Below, piece by piece: positions 40,795-53,615 of a stretch of 64,000 bases of DNA. The DNA comes from Octopus sinensis. Its lineage: Eukaryota. The notes under the pieces are model-generated. The model had not been told where the DNA came from and ran no database searches. It worked only from the letters and a program-made list of their open reading frames with translations. Location: contig NC_043005.1 of the NCBI RefSeq assembly GCF_006345805.1, positions 22,258,001 to 22,322,000 of the forward strand, given 5' to 3'. Every line of letters starts with the position of its first letter. Positions within the stretch are counted from its first letter, which is position 1. The translations under genes were made by a program, and so were the position numbers.

Positions 40795-41420
40795 GCATAT
40801 CACCAAGGTGTTGGCAGTATGCAGGCGAATAGCTGGATAGATTCTGAGAACCTTCAGAACAAGAGACTAGGAAACTATGCTGAGGTTATTTGTCCTCAGC
40901 CGTCTAGACTACTGCTCTCAACTGTGGTCACAGTGTCAAATTCATAGCGGAACTTGAGGCTGTTCAGCGATGTTACATAAGGAAGATTGCATCAATTGAG
41001 CAGCTGGGCTACTGGGAGAGACTGAAATAGCTACCACACTACTCCCTGGAATGAAGACGGGAGAGTTATGCAATGAAATATATATATATATAGAAGACAT
41101 TGGAAGGGGCTGGCTCTAAACTTCGGAATTGAGTGCTATACCAGACCCCCAACTGGACGTCACTGCACTTTTCCAAAGGTCCTAGTTTTCCCATTTAGAG
41201 AGAGAACCATGTACTGCAATAGTTTGAGATTCAAGGACCTACAGCTATTTAACGCCTTGCCAAAATATCTGAAGGATCTTCAAGGAGTAAGGTTAGATGA
41301 TTTCAAGAAACAACTAGACCTCTTGCTATCCAGATGAATCCCAGATGAATCAATATCAATATCAAGGCAGGAGACTCAAATGAGGACAGCAGTGTCGAAT
41401 TCCCTCCTTCACCAAAAGCC
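40795..41420 (+). mobile_element. CR1/L2-like LINE 3' remnant
   Basis: LRTFRTRD...VLSRLDYCSQLW...LEAVQR...YWERLK...SLE.RRERY...NALPKYL. Confidence 0.7.
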
Positions 41421-41647
41421 AAGCACATAAAATTGGTCATTAAAAAAGTGATTGCACTGGTGGTGCTCCAGCATGGCCACAGCCTTAGAGCTGAAATGCA
41501 CAATACAATACACACACACACACACACACAATATTTATATCTACTCCTCTTCTTAGGTGGGGGTATAAAGGGTTACTAGATAACTGTGTGACAATAGTAG
41601 TGAAGATAGCTAGCATAGCCATCTATTGTTCAAATACACTTTCTAAC

Positions 41648-41791
41648 CTGGTTCTTCACTCCTGTTACGTATCCATGTTGTCTCCAGTCTACCATACGAG
41701 GTAAGTATACAAGCTTGTCGCTGACAAATGTCTCGGTAATACTGTTCTGCGGAAGAAAGCCGTTCATCATTTCTACAAACTCTCTGTTACT
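41648..41791 (-). CDS. CTSL: Cathepsin L-like gene A, exon 3 (end of propeptide, start of mature enzyme, oxyanion Gln)
   Basis: ctacag|SNREFVEMMNGF...LPRMVDWRQHGYVTGVKNQ|gttaga; 144 nt. Confidence 0.95.
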
Positions 41792-42237
41792 CTGTAGATG
41801 AAAGAAAAGAAACAAGAAGATGAATACATTAAAATGTAGAAGAGCAATTTAAAATATATCTTATAAAGTCGTTTGTTAATGTGTAAGAGTGCCTGTACAA
41901 AAGCGCAAAATGGTGACACACGAAAAATGAAATGGGATTGGGCTAGCTTGTGCAATTCCTGTTCGAGCAGAATTATATGACATACTATAAAGCATATCTT
42001 AAGACAAGTGACGTATTTGATTATCTGCAAAATGATGAAAATTGCATACTGAAATTGATGTTTGCTATAGTTCTTGTGTCTGAGTGGCATCGTAGTATTT
42101 GTAATCCTGCTCAGAACAAGTATGGCAAGTACCATAATTCGAAAACCACATTTTCGTTTACTCTTGCATCGATATTCACACTCTCACCTGTTTGTGTGTA
42201 TAATTTAAATCAATATTTGATATTTGTTTCAAATTTA

Positions 42238-42410
42238 GGCTAAAGGTCAGTAATTTTGGAGAAGGGGTTAATTGGTTACATTGATCTAAGTATTTGATTG
42301 GTACTTTATGTTACTGATTACGAAAAGATGAAAGGCAAAGTTGACGCTGGCGGGATTTGAACTCAGGACCAGAAGCATTTTCCGATGCTCTAACGATTCT
42401 GCTGAGTAGC
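42238..42410 (-). mobile_element. SINE family A copy
   Basis: gaaaagatgaaaggcaaagttgacgctggcgggatttgaactcag...ctaacgattctgc. Confidence 0.7.
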
Positions 42411-42921
42411 TATCTCTTTCTCTATATTTCTCAATGATTGTCTGTCTGTATGCCTGTCTGTGTCATTATTTCTGCCTTTCTCCCCATCTTTATCGAGCTC
42501 TCTAATTTACTTTCTCTTAATTTGTCTGTATCTATATGTTTCTGTCCTCAGTTTCACTCCGTTTATCTGTTATCATCTATTTTTTCACATTCTCTATATC
42601 TATCCATCAGACCGTCCTTATATAGACATATGTCTATCTCTGACAATCAATGCATTATTTTCTATCCCTTTCTCTCTCTTACCCTCATTCTCTCTCATTA
42701 ATACTATTTCTCTACTTCTCTGTCTCTTTCTATATGCATCTCTCTCTCTATCTCTGTTTTACTCCGCCTGTCTGTTATTCTATCTTTCTCTCACTCTCGC
42801 TCTGTCTCTTTCACTCTGTCTCTACCTCTCTGTTTCAGTTTCTTATCTTATGTTTATAACTCCCATTTCTCTCTTCCTCCCCCATCTCTCTCAACGAGCA
42901 ATATAAAACACAACATCTCAC

Positions 42922-43027
42922 CAGATCTGCATATTCGTTCATATCCATCCAAAAGGTGTGAATACCCATGTCAGCTTCTAAATTGTGTTGATTGATATAA
43001 TTACCATTCTCCTTCCATATAGCACGT
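42922..43027 (-). CDS. CTSL: Cathepsin L-like gene A, exon 2 (I29 propeptide, ERFNIN)
   Basis: ttttag|A RAIWKENGNYINQHNLEADMGIHTFWMDMNEYADL|gtgaga; 106 nt, not in the ORF track. The ERFNIN spacing E-x3-R-x2-W-x2-N-x3-I-x3-N spans exons 1-2. Confidence 0.93.
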
Positions 43028-43485
43028 CTAAAACAAATAAAACATCAATATTACATAATTTTGTATCAATAGATTAACCATATATATACAACGCATTGTA
43101 TTCACTAGGCAAACCAGGAAAATCAGGCAAATCCACCATCTCTTTTATGAACAACACCAAATAATATTTTTATAATTAATCAGCCCAAACAGCACCCACA
43201 GAAAACGAAAATACCACACTTCTACAATTTTCAGGAAGTACATATTATACATAGCAAAGATAGTAAAACAACGAACAAATTAGGAATTAACTTGCACAAC
43301 ATTTGGTCAACATAAAGAAACAGCACTAGGTTATAAGTATTACATTCAACTCCATCTTTGTGCTAGATCTGGCTGAGAGCCCACTTGACCTACAACGAAT
43401 CACACATAGCACGAAGTTTATAAAACATCCCAGTTCGTTTCCTCAGAGATAGCACAGAGACCATATTGAAAAATTACTTATACAC

Positions 43486-43648
43486 AGGCGCAAACGTGGC
43501 TGTATGGTAAGAAGCTTGCTTCCCAACTACATGGTTCCGGCTTCAGTTCCACTGCGTGGCACCTCGGGCAAGTGTCTTCTACTATAGCTTCAAGCTGACC
43601 AAAGCTTTGTGAGTGGATTTGGTAGTCGGAAACTGAAAGAAGCCCGTC

Positions 43649-43689
<41 letters not shown>

Positions 43690-43910
43690 TATATATATGT
43701 ATGTGTGTGTGTGTTTGTTCCCCTTGCCATCGCTTGACAACCGATGTTGGTGTATTTACGTCCCCGTAAACTACCGGTTTGGCAAAAGAGACCGATAGAA
43801 TAAATACTAGGCTTACAAAGAATAAGCACTGGGATCGATTTGTTCGACTAAAGGCGGCACTCCGTCATGGTAGCAGTCAAATATCTGAAACAAGTAAATA
43901 AATGTAAAAG
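43486..43910 (+). mobile_element. SINE family B (bipartite, central TA/TG microsatellite)
   Basis: ggcgcaaacgtggctgtatggtaagaagcttgcttcccaa...ctcgggcaagtg (CORE-like) ...(TA)n...cttgacaaccgatgttggtg...cagtcaaat. Confidence 0.8.
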
Positions 43911-44697
43911 AATTGATTTGAAAATGTGCACGCCGATTCACGGCGTCTTGTCTTATGCAATACAGAATTCAAGTCCGAACCAAGTGCATTTCTCTGTAGA
44001 TCGTGTTAATCGTGCTGTAGATCGTTTTAATCAATATCATTTTAAATCATTTTTAGCCCCAGGTCAACTGTGATCAAGTATGGTCAAAGGCATTCCAACT
44101 TGAGACGTGTCTTTTCAATAGAATTTACTATTGCATTTCTAACGAGTCATTGCTTTTTTTAATACGTAGAGTGTAATTTAAGGAAAATCTGACTACTAGT
44201 TCCAGAAGGCGAAGCCATCAAGTAGTGCCCCTTTGTTGATTGTCCTGTATGTCAAGAAGAATATCAATATGTCACTCTGTCGAAGTGTAGTCGTTGTAGT
44301 CCCTAATTATAATTAGGGAGGGACTACAACGTCATGGTGGTCTACATCTATTGCATGTAGGTAATTTAGTTAATATAGGAAAAGTAATATAGCAATAGGT
44401 AACGTTTTAATATTCAATAAAGATAAGTTAGACAACGATGTAGACCGTGACCATTTTGCAGGGCCTTTGAGACCAGTAGGGAAGAGCTAGGAAGAGTTAT
44501 CCTCTGATCAGAGATCTGCTTTGAATAGAAAAGGACGATTGGGTGCAACTGTTTTTGTCCCGGTCATTTATTACAAACAGTTTTGATATCAATTTATTTG
44601 GTGACAGACGTTTTAGTACCAGGAAAGAATACCCTGGAGTAATTAGTCTTTATTCACAGATATAGCTGCAAGGAGGTATTCAATAATAATTTATCTT

Positions 44698-44746
<49 letters not shown>

Positions 44747-46201
44747 CGCACATAGATGGTGATCTGAAGAGTGCAACCTTTAATTATGCAGCAGAAACCT
44801 CATAAAAATGTGTATTTAGCTCCCTTAGTATTTCTGTTGCTTTAGTATGCAGCCTTGATATGGTATAATTCTTGCTTCTCTTCACATCATTTATATTCAC
44901 TATCAGCTTTGCCTGCTCTTCGAAGATGATGAGAAATCCATTACTCACAAGTTTTTCATTAATACATTTCGGTAATACTTCATCAGCTTTCATATGAATA
45001 AATGAATGGTATTTAATTAAAAATATACAAAAGGATGCCAGTAGAACAACGCTTTTTGCAGTGCACATGCATGCGTTACAATAAGATATCACATTTTGGG
45101 AAGAGCAGTAGCATGATTTGTAGCCTAAGTAAAGAGCTGAACTAGGTGTAGAAGTCAAGTAGTTTGGTAGTTTCAGCCCTTTAAAGGGTTATTTATAAAA
45201 ATATGCTTAAAGTTTACTTTGGTGTCACCAAATGGGTTTTATTGGCATGCAAAACAGCAATGCCAACACGTACTTGACACTGTTCTGAATACTGTAACAA
45301 AGCAGTAACCACTAAAAACACTGGAAGGGAAGTGGTATTGCTAAACTAAGTCACACCAAAATTGTTATATGATTACGGAAATGGAGGAATACGTGAGGCG
45401 CTAAAGGCGCTAATATTTGGAAGTAAATAGATATTAACTGGAATATATATATATATATATATATACATAAGATCACGGTGTTATGGGTGACAGGTTAAGA
45501 TTTAAAATATATGTATATGAAGAGGGTATGAAGGAGAAATAAGACCGCAATGAATTTAATTCAAGAGCCTGTTTTAATTATAATGTTATGAAGAAAAGGA
45601 AAAACATTCCACAATTGCACCACTGTATAAAACTAGACTTCTGTAGAAGAAAAGAATTGTATTATCAATGTAATGAAACAAATGATATTAATAACAAAAT
45701 CACAGTAAACATATTGTTGCGATATGCTTATTAAAGCAGCACATCCTCCACCATATCGTTTAATAACCACGTGCTCTGCTGTCGAACATCAGTCATCACT
45801 CGCAGGGAACAGTGACAACCAAAAATTTCTTCCAATGGCTGAGAGATAAAATTGGGGAACGATTTAACGTTAACTTCTGCTGGCACATAGCGAAAGAATT
45901 TGAAACCAGTACTGTAAATTAGTCAAACATGAATTCTTCCTCCATTTATAATACTGAAACTATAATGTATAAATCTGACAAACTTTCAAATTCCAGTGAT
46001 GGAGTCTTAGCAAATGGGCGCAGAAATTTTATTTACCTATCACATACAAGCCCGAAAAATATATATTTTGATGGTAAGACTGTGAAGATCAACAGACTTA
46101 AAGGATGATTTTAAGAATATTATTGTTCCAAGCGAAATGCAAAGCCTCATGTGAAAATATGAAAGAAACCTAAGAAATAACTTAGTTGTCGTATTTTCAA
46201 T

Positions 46202-46272
<71 letters not shown>

Positions 46273-46284
46273 ATATGTATGTAT

Positions 46285-46335
<51 letters not shown>

Positions 46336-47004
46336 AGTCTGCACATGCATACACAGATATATAATATATATACATATTAACACACACGCACACAACATAC
46401 ACTCACAGACACACAGACACACACACACACACACGCATACACCCATACACACACACAGATATAAAACATAAGATTGCATATTTCTGGAGTTAATTCTCGT
46501 CATTAACGTGAAAACGAAGTGTAATACTATAACATACTAGACAATAGTAAAATAAAACTAACAGGTGTGGACTAAGTAAAGTATGAATTATCTGTGATAT
46601 TTAGAGAGGTAGACATTTATAACCCATCAGGTGATTTGATCCCTAATCCATAACGCAGTTTATTCAGATTGCGATAGATACGAAACCTGAGTACTGTCCG
46701 AAGGTCTGCTGATTTTATGTTATTAGCATACAGTTATATCACGTTCACATACAGATACATGCACACATACATGTACAAATACGGGCACACACACATACAC
46801 ACACACAAACACACATAGATACGTGCACACAAAAACGTATGTATGTTGTATATAAATATATCTATGCATTAGTACACATACATGCAATGTATGTATGTTA
46901 TATATAACATATCAATGCATTTACATACACACACACGTGCGCACATCCACCTCATACAGACGCGCACTCACCCCATATATTAACACATCTATAAATAATT
47001 TTAC

Positions 47005-47141
47005 CTGAAATTTTCTGTTTCTGCGTTTCTGTATTCCTTTCTGAAAATGGATTTGTACAGTTCCCAATTTTCATCGTTCGGAATCAACTTTGCCGAAACG
47101 AGAGTAAAACCAATTATAAATGTAAGTAAAGGCAACATCAT
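47005..47141 (-). CDS. CTSL: Cathepsin L-like gene A, first coding exon (signal peptide, propeptide start)
   Basis: MMLPLLTFIIGFTLVSA-KLIPNDENWELYKSIFRKEYRNAETENF AG|gtaaaa; 137 nt with a hydrophobic signal peptide. Confidence 0.9.
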
Positions 47142-47194
47142 ATTGAATAGTGATATGGAAACATACAAAGTATACAAGTATAGTGAAATATTCT

Positions 47195-47271
<77 letters not shown>

Positions 47272-47749
47272 CTGTGTGTATACACGTATATTAATACAAT
47301 CAGAAGAAGTTTGAAAAATCGCAACCGCTTTACGTCGCGGAGCACCAATGTATGAATAAACTGTAATTGTTTTTAAAGAAATGATTATAAGAAAATGATG
47401 TATGGAAAGAGGTATAAATTTATAGAGTAGGAGAAAGAAGGACAGACAAACAGGACGAGAGAGCCTATCCCATTCTTAAATGAGGAAATCTATTACTTTA
47501 CAAGTGGAAAACAAACACCGCCAAAAGAGCAATTAATTCATAAAGCGATGCAAGAGATTTAGAAAATAACAAGTGAGTTAAGAGTGTTTCAGTCACCAGG
47601 AAATGGGGATTATTACAAAATGGGCTGAGAGAAGAATGATAAAAAAGCGGATGAATTACAGCTGATTATGCTGGGGACCAATAAATAAATATATAGATAA
47701 ATGAATAAATAGATAAATAAATTTAGGTCCCAAGAATAAAATACCTGAT

Positions 47750-49420
47750 TCTCGTAGTATTTTGAGGGAATTTTTTTTGCCTGAATTCACACAAATTTAC
47801 ATTACTCATTCAGGTTAGATTTTTGTGTAGTAAGCAATTTCCTTCTTAAAGACCGACATAATAATACATTTATTAAAATATAAAAGACATAACTATATTT
47901 TAAAAAGTAGTTTAGTTTAGTTTCTTCTTTGCGTAATATAAGACTTGTCTTTCTTGAGAATTCTGTCAGCAAGCATACTGGGACTCCAGCTGCCTAGGTA
48001 ACACTTTTCTATAGTAGGAATGTTCTGATGAATACGATCGTTTATCATCCCCAGATTTTCCGGAAAAAAGTTCCAGTGGGAGTTCAAGAAATGAATCTTT
48101 AATAATATATAACGCATCGTTAGGTAAGATTTACGAAGATGGTCATCTACTAGAACAGGATAGTTTTCATTTTGCCATTTACCCCGAAAATTAACATATC
48201 TATGTTTTTGAAACTTGTCGTGCAGTATTCTCAACATAATTCATATAGCTTTCAAACGTCAAGAATCTTAATTTTCTTATATGAGGGCCAACAAAAACTC
48301 CTTTTTCATCATGGCATCACTCACCCAGGGAAACTTATTTTGCAAGTATTTGAACCTAATTTGCGCTTTATCCATAACCATTACAAAATTTTTCAAGTTC
48401 AAGCTTGATATGCAACTGAATCTTCCAAAATATTTTTCTTGCCTGAAACAAGTGAGATAAGTTTTGGTCAATTATTCTGAACGTAGAGTTTTCTTTGTTT
48501 TATTTACATAAAAAGAAAAACAATTGTACTTGGGGTAACCAAGATGCAACCCAAATTAAATTACAATGGACTTTAGATCTCAACAGATATTCTATTCATA
48601 TTTCTGCTATTGACTCTTTTCCACAAGTAGCATCATTTTGTCACGAGCTCTTTGTGAGATCTGCAATATACGATATAGACACAGAAGAGAATCTATTTTC
48701 ATTATGAAGGATCTCTTTGAAACTAACTCTAAGAAATTAAAGAAGAGTAACCACTTATCAACGTTATGTTAATGACCAAGAAGCCCACATCTGAATTATT
48801 AGTACACAAAATATATATCCATCTTCAGAACAGAATCATTCATTGAATTCTTCATTATGGTATCTGTAGAAAGAACAAACTTTAGAGTCGTAGTTTGACT
48901 TCTATTTTGAACTTAAAATATCAGTCTGCCGTTTTAGATAAATTCAAATTAAGAACTTGGTCATTCAGATTTTCTTGTGACAGAAAATGTGGCTGATTCG
49001 AGAAACAAGTAGCTTGCGAAACTGGGTTAGAAAAGTCATGTTTTTATTTGTGCTTCCTCAGCAGTTAAAGTAATATGCTCAGAGGGATTTGGTACTAGAA
49101 GTTGAGCAGCATGTTGAACTGGGACTCACTGCAGAAGGCAGATTAGAGTAATTAATTAAGATTTTTATTTTTGAAGTGATCCCATTTGTATTCAAAAGAC
49201 AGAAATAATCTCTTAATGCTCGAAATATCAAGTGGCAGGTGACATGAATGACGTATTCATCCCATTAGTAGACTTACATATGTCACACAACAAATGAGGA
49301 GTTCAACTCTTCTCCTGATCAATCCATTTATAACATGTTTTTTTTTACTAATGGTATAAGATTGTTAGGCTATCACCTGTATAGCCAGGATAAAATAGAT
49401 AATTCAGATAGTTCCGCAAC
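47750..49420 (-). mobile_element. Decayed DNA transposase, Chapaev3-like (CMC/Transib-related)
   Basis: LKIHFLNSHWNFFPENLG...HQNIPTIEKCYLGSWSPSMLAD, PHFLSQENLNDQVLNLNLSK and DYFCLLNTNGITS, with frameshifts. Family name is from motif recall. Confidence 0.6.
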
Positions 49421-50029
49421 CCTACAGAGCAGTTACAACGCTGAGGTAAAATCAACAAGAAGCAACGGACAACATCTAACAATATCGTGGGATTTGCAAA
49501 TAAACTGACTTCGAGCTGTGTCATTCATACGAGTCAAGGCTCGTAGACTAAAGGCTCATATCTGAACAAATCTAAACTGTTAACTGCCCCCTGGATATAA
49601 AAAACGAATAGAGCATGTATATTAATATTAAAATCTATAATTATACTTATATTGACTAATATATTATATCATTATGTTCTTATTTGGAGATTATGTTAGG
49701 TGAGAGAAAAATAGATACAGCATTATAAGTAAAATAAGCTTGGTAGGAGAAAATCAAATTTCATATTTAGATTTAGCATAAAAATTATACACTTAAAACA
49801 TCAATAAAAACGTGTTTCTGTGTATCAAATGTTCATCAGGGTCGGCTGAAAATACAAAAGGCAACTCGACTGTTCACCCCACTCAAATTTCAGGCCTTGT
49901 GCCTATAGTAGAAAGGATTATTATTATTTAATATCAAAGATTTCCATCCAGTATTTCTGACCAGCTGCTCAGTATAATTACCTCCATGAATAACCGTATC
50001 ATAAATGCATGATAAAAATCGTTGAAACT

Positions 50030-50079
<50 letters not shown>

Positions 50080-51366
50080 CAACAATAGACGGTCATCAAT
50101 TTGTAACGATAATGTTGTATCGGAAAAATGAATGAGTGAAGAACAATATTAAGAGTATCGTTTATTGATATCATTACATTTGCCGTTACAATGTTGAAGA
50201 TAACTTTCTATAGCTGTTTGTGTACACAAGTTATTTGTGGATTTCGAGTCCATTGTGTATGTCAGCTCCATCTCTGTGTGTTACTACCAAAGAATAAAAG
50301 ATATGTAGGTAGATAGAAAGGGTGATAAATCTACTCCCGCGCGTTAATCAGCATACTGAAAGAATTGCTCCCCACCCCCCAAAAAAACAAAAATAAAAAA
50401 AAACGAAAAAAAGAAAAACGGGGTCGACACAAAGCGGAACAAAGCTTACTGGATCCTTGTATTTATATTCTTCATAACTAAATTAGGTCAAGCCGAAAAC
50501 AAAGGACTTTTCTAGTCAGTCTTGACCAATGTATAACTGGAAAAGGTCCGCAAAAAGCGAGAACAGTTGACTGAAGACTTGTTTGAAATTGTGGATTCGA
50601 TTTCGAATCCTAGCTTAAAACGTTGGTAGCTGTCGGCCACATATATTATTTAGCAATATATGCATATTGGAAGTTAACATGACGCTGCTACCAAGTTGCG
50701 ATAAAAGATTACTTTATCAAGGCCGTATGTTTAAGAAGTTCACTTCATAACCATGTGGTTTCAGCTTCAGTCTAACTGTCCGGCACCTTATACTACAACA
50801 CTGGGTTGTCCAAATCCCTATGAATATGATTGGAGAAAACTGGGAAGAAGCCCGTCTATATATATATATATATATAAATTGCAGTGTACAGTATTATATT
50901 TCCTTTTTCAAAACTGAAAAGATGGGGTACTATTATTTTAAGCCGTAACCTACGATGCTTGAAACATTCACATTCGATGAAATTACCGTTTTTGACGCAC
51001 TAGATAATTTCAGCACCATTGCATAAGCACTTCGATCCATACAAGTATAGAAAAGTAGATTTTAAAACGAGGACAACTTTGATAATGATGGTAATGCTGA
51101 TGATTTTTATTATCGTCTTATTCATGGTGTACGATTTGTATATGAAATGTTTTACTCGAAACATGCATAAAAGTGTTCAAGACAAAGAAAATGTGTTAAA
51201 TGTCCTCACAATATTGCATTTTTTTCTGGAACTTTTTTATATCTATTAGGAATTTGGGGGTATTATGATTCGACTAAGATGTAGCTATCTCACTCTTCTG
51301 CTGGTGGGTTGCTTAGATTCATTTTGCGTATTAAATTTTGAACTACGGAGTGTCGGCGTCCACCTA

Positions 51367-51640
51367 GCTGTATGTAGGTTCTACAAGGTGGTACAGTCTA
51401 TCCAACCGTAAGTAGGTCCTGCAAGGTGGTGCAGCCTATCGAGCTGTAAGTTGTCGTAGAGAGTGTTACAGTACAGGGTGATGAAAAAGTGGTTCCTTCC
51501 TCGCTGTATGTAGGTTCTACAAGGTGGTACAGTCTATCCAACCGTAAGTAGGTCCTGCAAGGTGGTGCAGCCTATCGAGCTGTAAGTTGTCGTAGAGAGT
51601 GCTACAGTACAGGGTGATGAAAAAGTGGTTCCTTCCTCGC
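51367..51640. repeat. 136-bp near-perfect tandem duplication built from ~37-bp subunits
   Basis: gctgtatgtaggttctacaagg... starts at 51367 and again at 51503. Confidence 0.9.
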
Positions 51641-51901
51641 ACATGATGTCATTGTTTAACTCAAGGTCAGCGCTTATTGAGCATTAGTCTTTCAAGGATG
51701 TTTTTCCTGCTGCTGAAAACTTTATTCAGAAGGAACACCAGCAGCTTTGATTTCGCCTGTCTATATCTCACAGTGGACAAACAACAACAAAAACAACAAT
51801 AACAGTAGTAGCAGTGGCAAGTGTAAATAAAAGAGTGAAAGAAAGGAGCAGATCTGCCATTTAAAAGTAACACAGTGCCATTCTGAGACGACTCATGATG
51901 A

Positions 51902-51945
<44 letters not shown>

Positions 51946-52036
51946 ATACATGTACACATACATATACACCAGCTGAAAGATATCACTCATATCATCATCA
52001 GCTACTAAAAATGTCTACATAATACTACCTTCCCAC

Positions 52037-52693
52037 AAGGCGGCGAGCTGGCAGAAACGTTAGCACGCAGGGCGAAATGCGTAGCCGTATTTCGTCTGCT
52101 ATTACGTTCTGAGTTCAAATTCCGCCGAGGTCGACTTTGCCTTTCATCCTTTCGGGATCGATAAATTAAATACTAATTACGCACTGGGGATCGATATAAT
52201 CGACTTAATCCGTTTGTCTATCCTTGTTTGTCATCTCTGTGCTTAGTCTCTTGTGGGTAGTAAAGAAATAGGTATTTCATCTGCCGAAGGCGGTGAGCTG
52301 GCAGAAACGTTAGCACGCCGGGCGAAATGCGTAGCCGTATTTCGTCTGCCGCTACGTTCTGAGCTCAAATTCCGCCGAGGTCGACTTTGCCTTTCATCCT
52401 TTCGAGGTCGATTAAATAAGTACCAGTTACGCACTGGGGTCGATATAATCGACTTAATCCGTTTGTCTGTCCTTGTTTGTCCTCTCTGTGTTTAGCCCCT
52501 TGTGGGTAGTAAAGAAATAGGTATTTAGTCTGCCGCTACGTTCTGAGCTCAAATTCCGCCGAGGTCGAATTTGCCTTTCATCCTTTCGAGATCGATAAAT
52601 TAATTACTAGTTGGACATTGGGGGAAAATCTAATCGACTGCCTCACCTTCCCCTAAAATTTCTGGCCTTGTGCCTAGGGTAGAAAAGAATATT
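52037..52693 (+). mobile_element. SINE family A tandem multimer (three bodies)
   Basis: aaggcgg.gagctggcagaaacgttagcacg heads at 52037 and ~52288; a third body starts at ~52530 and ends in ggccttgtgcct. Confidence 0.85.
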
Positions 52694-52699
52694 AGAAAT

Positions 52700-53075
52700 A
52701 AGAATACTGGTGGAATATACCAACAAAAACAGTATCTTGATTTATACACAACAGGCCGGATAAGGCTATATGGGACAGGGAGTTAAAATCATGCATCGGT
52801 ATAGAAATCAATTGGCCAGTGGATGTAGATGTTTCTTCAAAAATTATGGAAAGGAGAGCATAAGTGGAGAACCGATGAGAAACCTACAACTCTTATATAT
52901 TCAGGTTACAAAATTTAATATGTTCCTGCTATCATAGATGCACTGGGCTACGTAACAACTGATTTGCACAGAAACCTATAAATGGTTTGGTTTTCAAAAA
53001 AGAACATAGATACAGTCGATCAGATGAAAGCAAACATTTGTAAAACATTTCATGAGATTTTAGTCCCTGATTCAT
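52700..53075 (+). mobile_element. Second R4-like RLE-domain fragment
   Basis: EYWWNIPTK...HNRPDKAIWDRELKSC...MRNLQLLY...DALGYVTTDLH, the same family as 39800-40790. Confidence 0.65.
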
Positions 53076-53459
53076 GGGTCAGTATTTGCACGCAGCCACA
53101 TATAGACATGGAATACATATACACACATACATACATGTGTTTTATTGTGGCACGTATATCTACAAGTGTAAGGTTATCCACACGGCCCACACATGCATTC
53201 AACATGCATATATATAAATGGCAACGTCAACCATTTCAAGTAATAACAGGAAAAATGCTTTTTAGTTTATTGGAGTTATCCCTCTTGGATTGGCTGCAAA
53301 ACGGGTCACCACGACACGACAGAATATAGAGTGGTGTTGCGCCCGAGGTGAAGAAGGAGTTGGATAAAGAGCTGGAGTTGGGGAGTGGGAAATGTGGATA
53401 ATGGGGGATAGTTAATTTTTAAATCATGTGTGATCACGTACATGTATATGTGCGTATGC

Positions 53460-53559
53460 GTACGTATGTATGTGTGTGTATGTATGTATGTATGTATGTA
53501 TGTATGTATGTATGTATGTATGTATGTATGTATGTATGTATGTATGTATGTTTGTATGT

Positions 53560-53613
<54 letters not shown>

Positions 53614-53615
53614 GT
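53460..53615. repeat. Compound (TATG)n/(TA)n/(TG)n microsatellite
   Basis: Read directly. (CA)n tracts also lie at 44700, 46205, 55684 and 57840, and (GA)n at 58318. Confidence 0.95.

Noticed and set aside
47290-47350. CCAAT and CRE-like motifs upstream of the gene A ATG
   Set aside because: Short motifs with no TSS evidence; a non-coding first exon elsewhere cannot be excluded.
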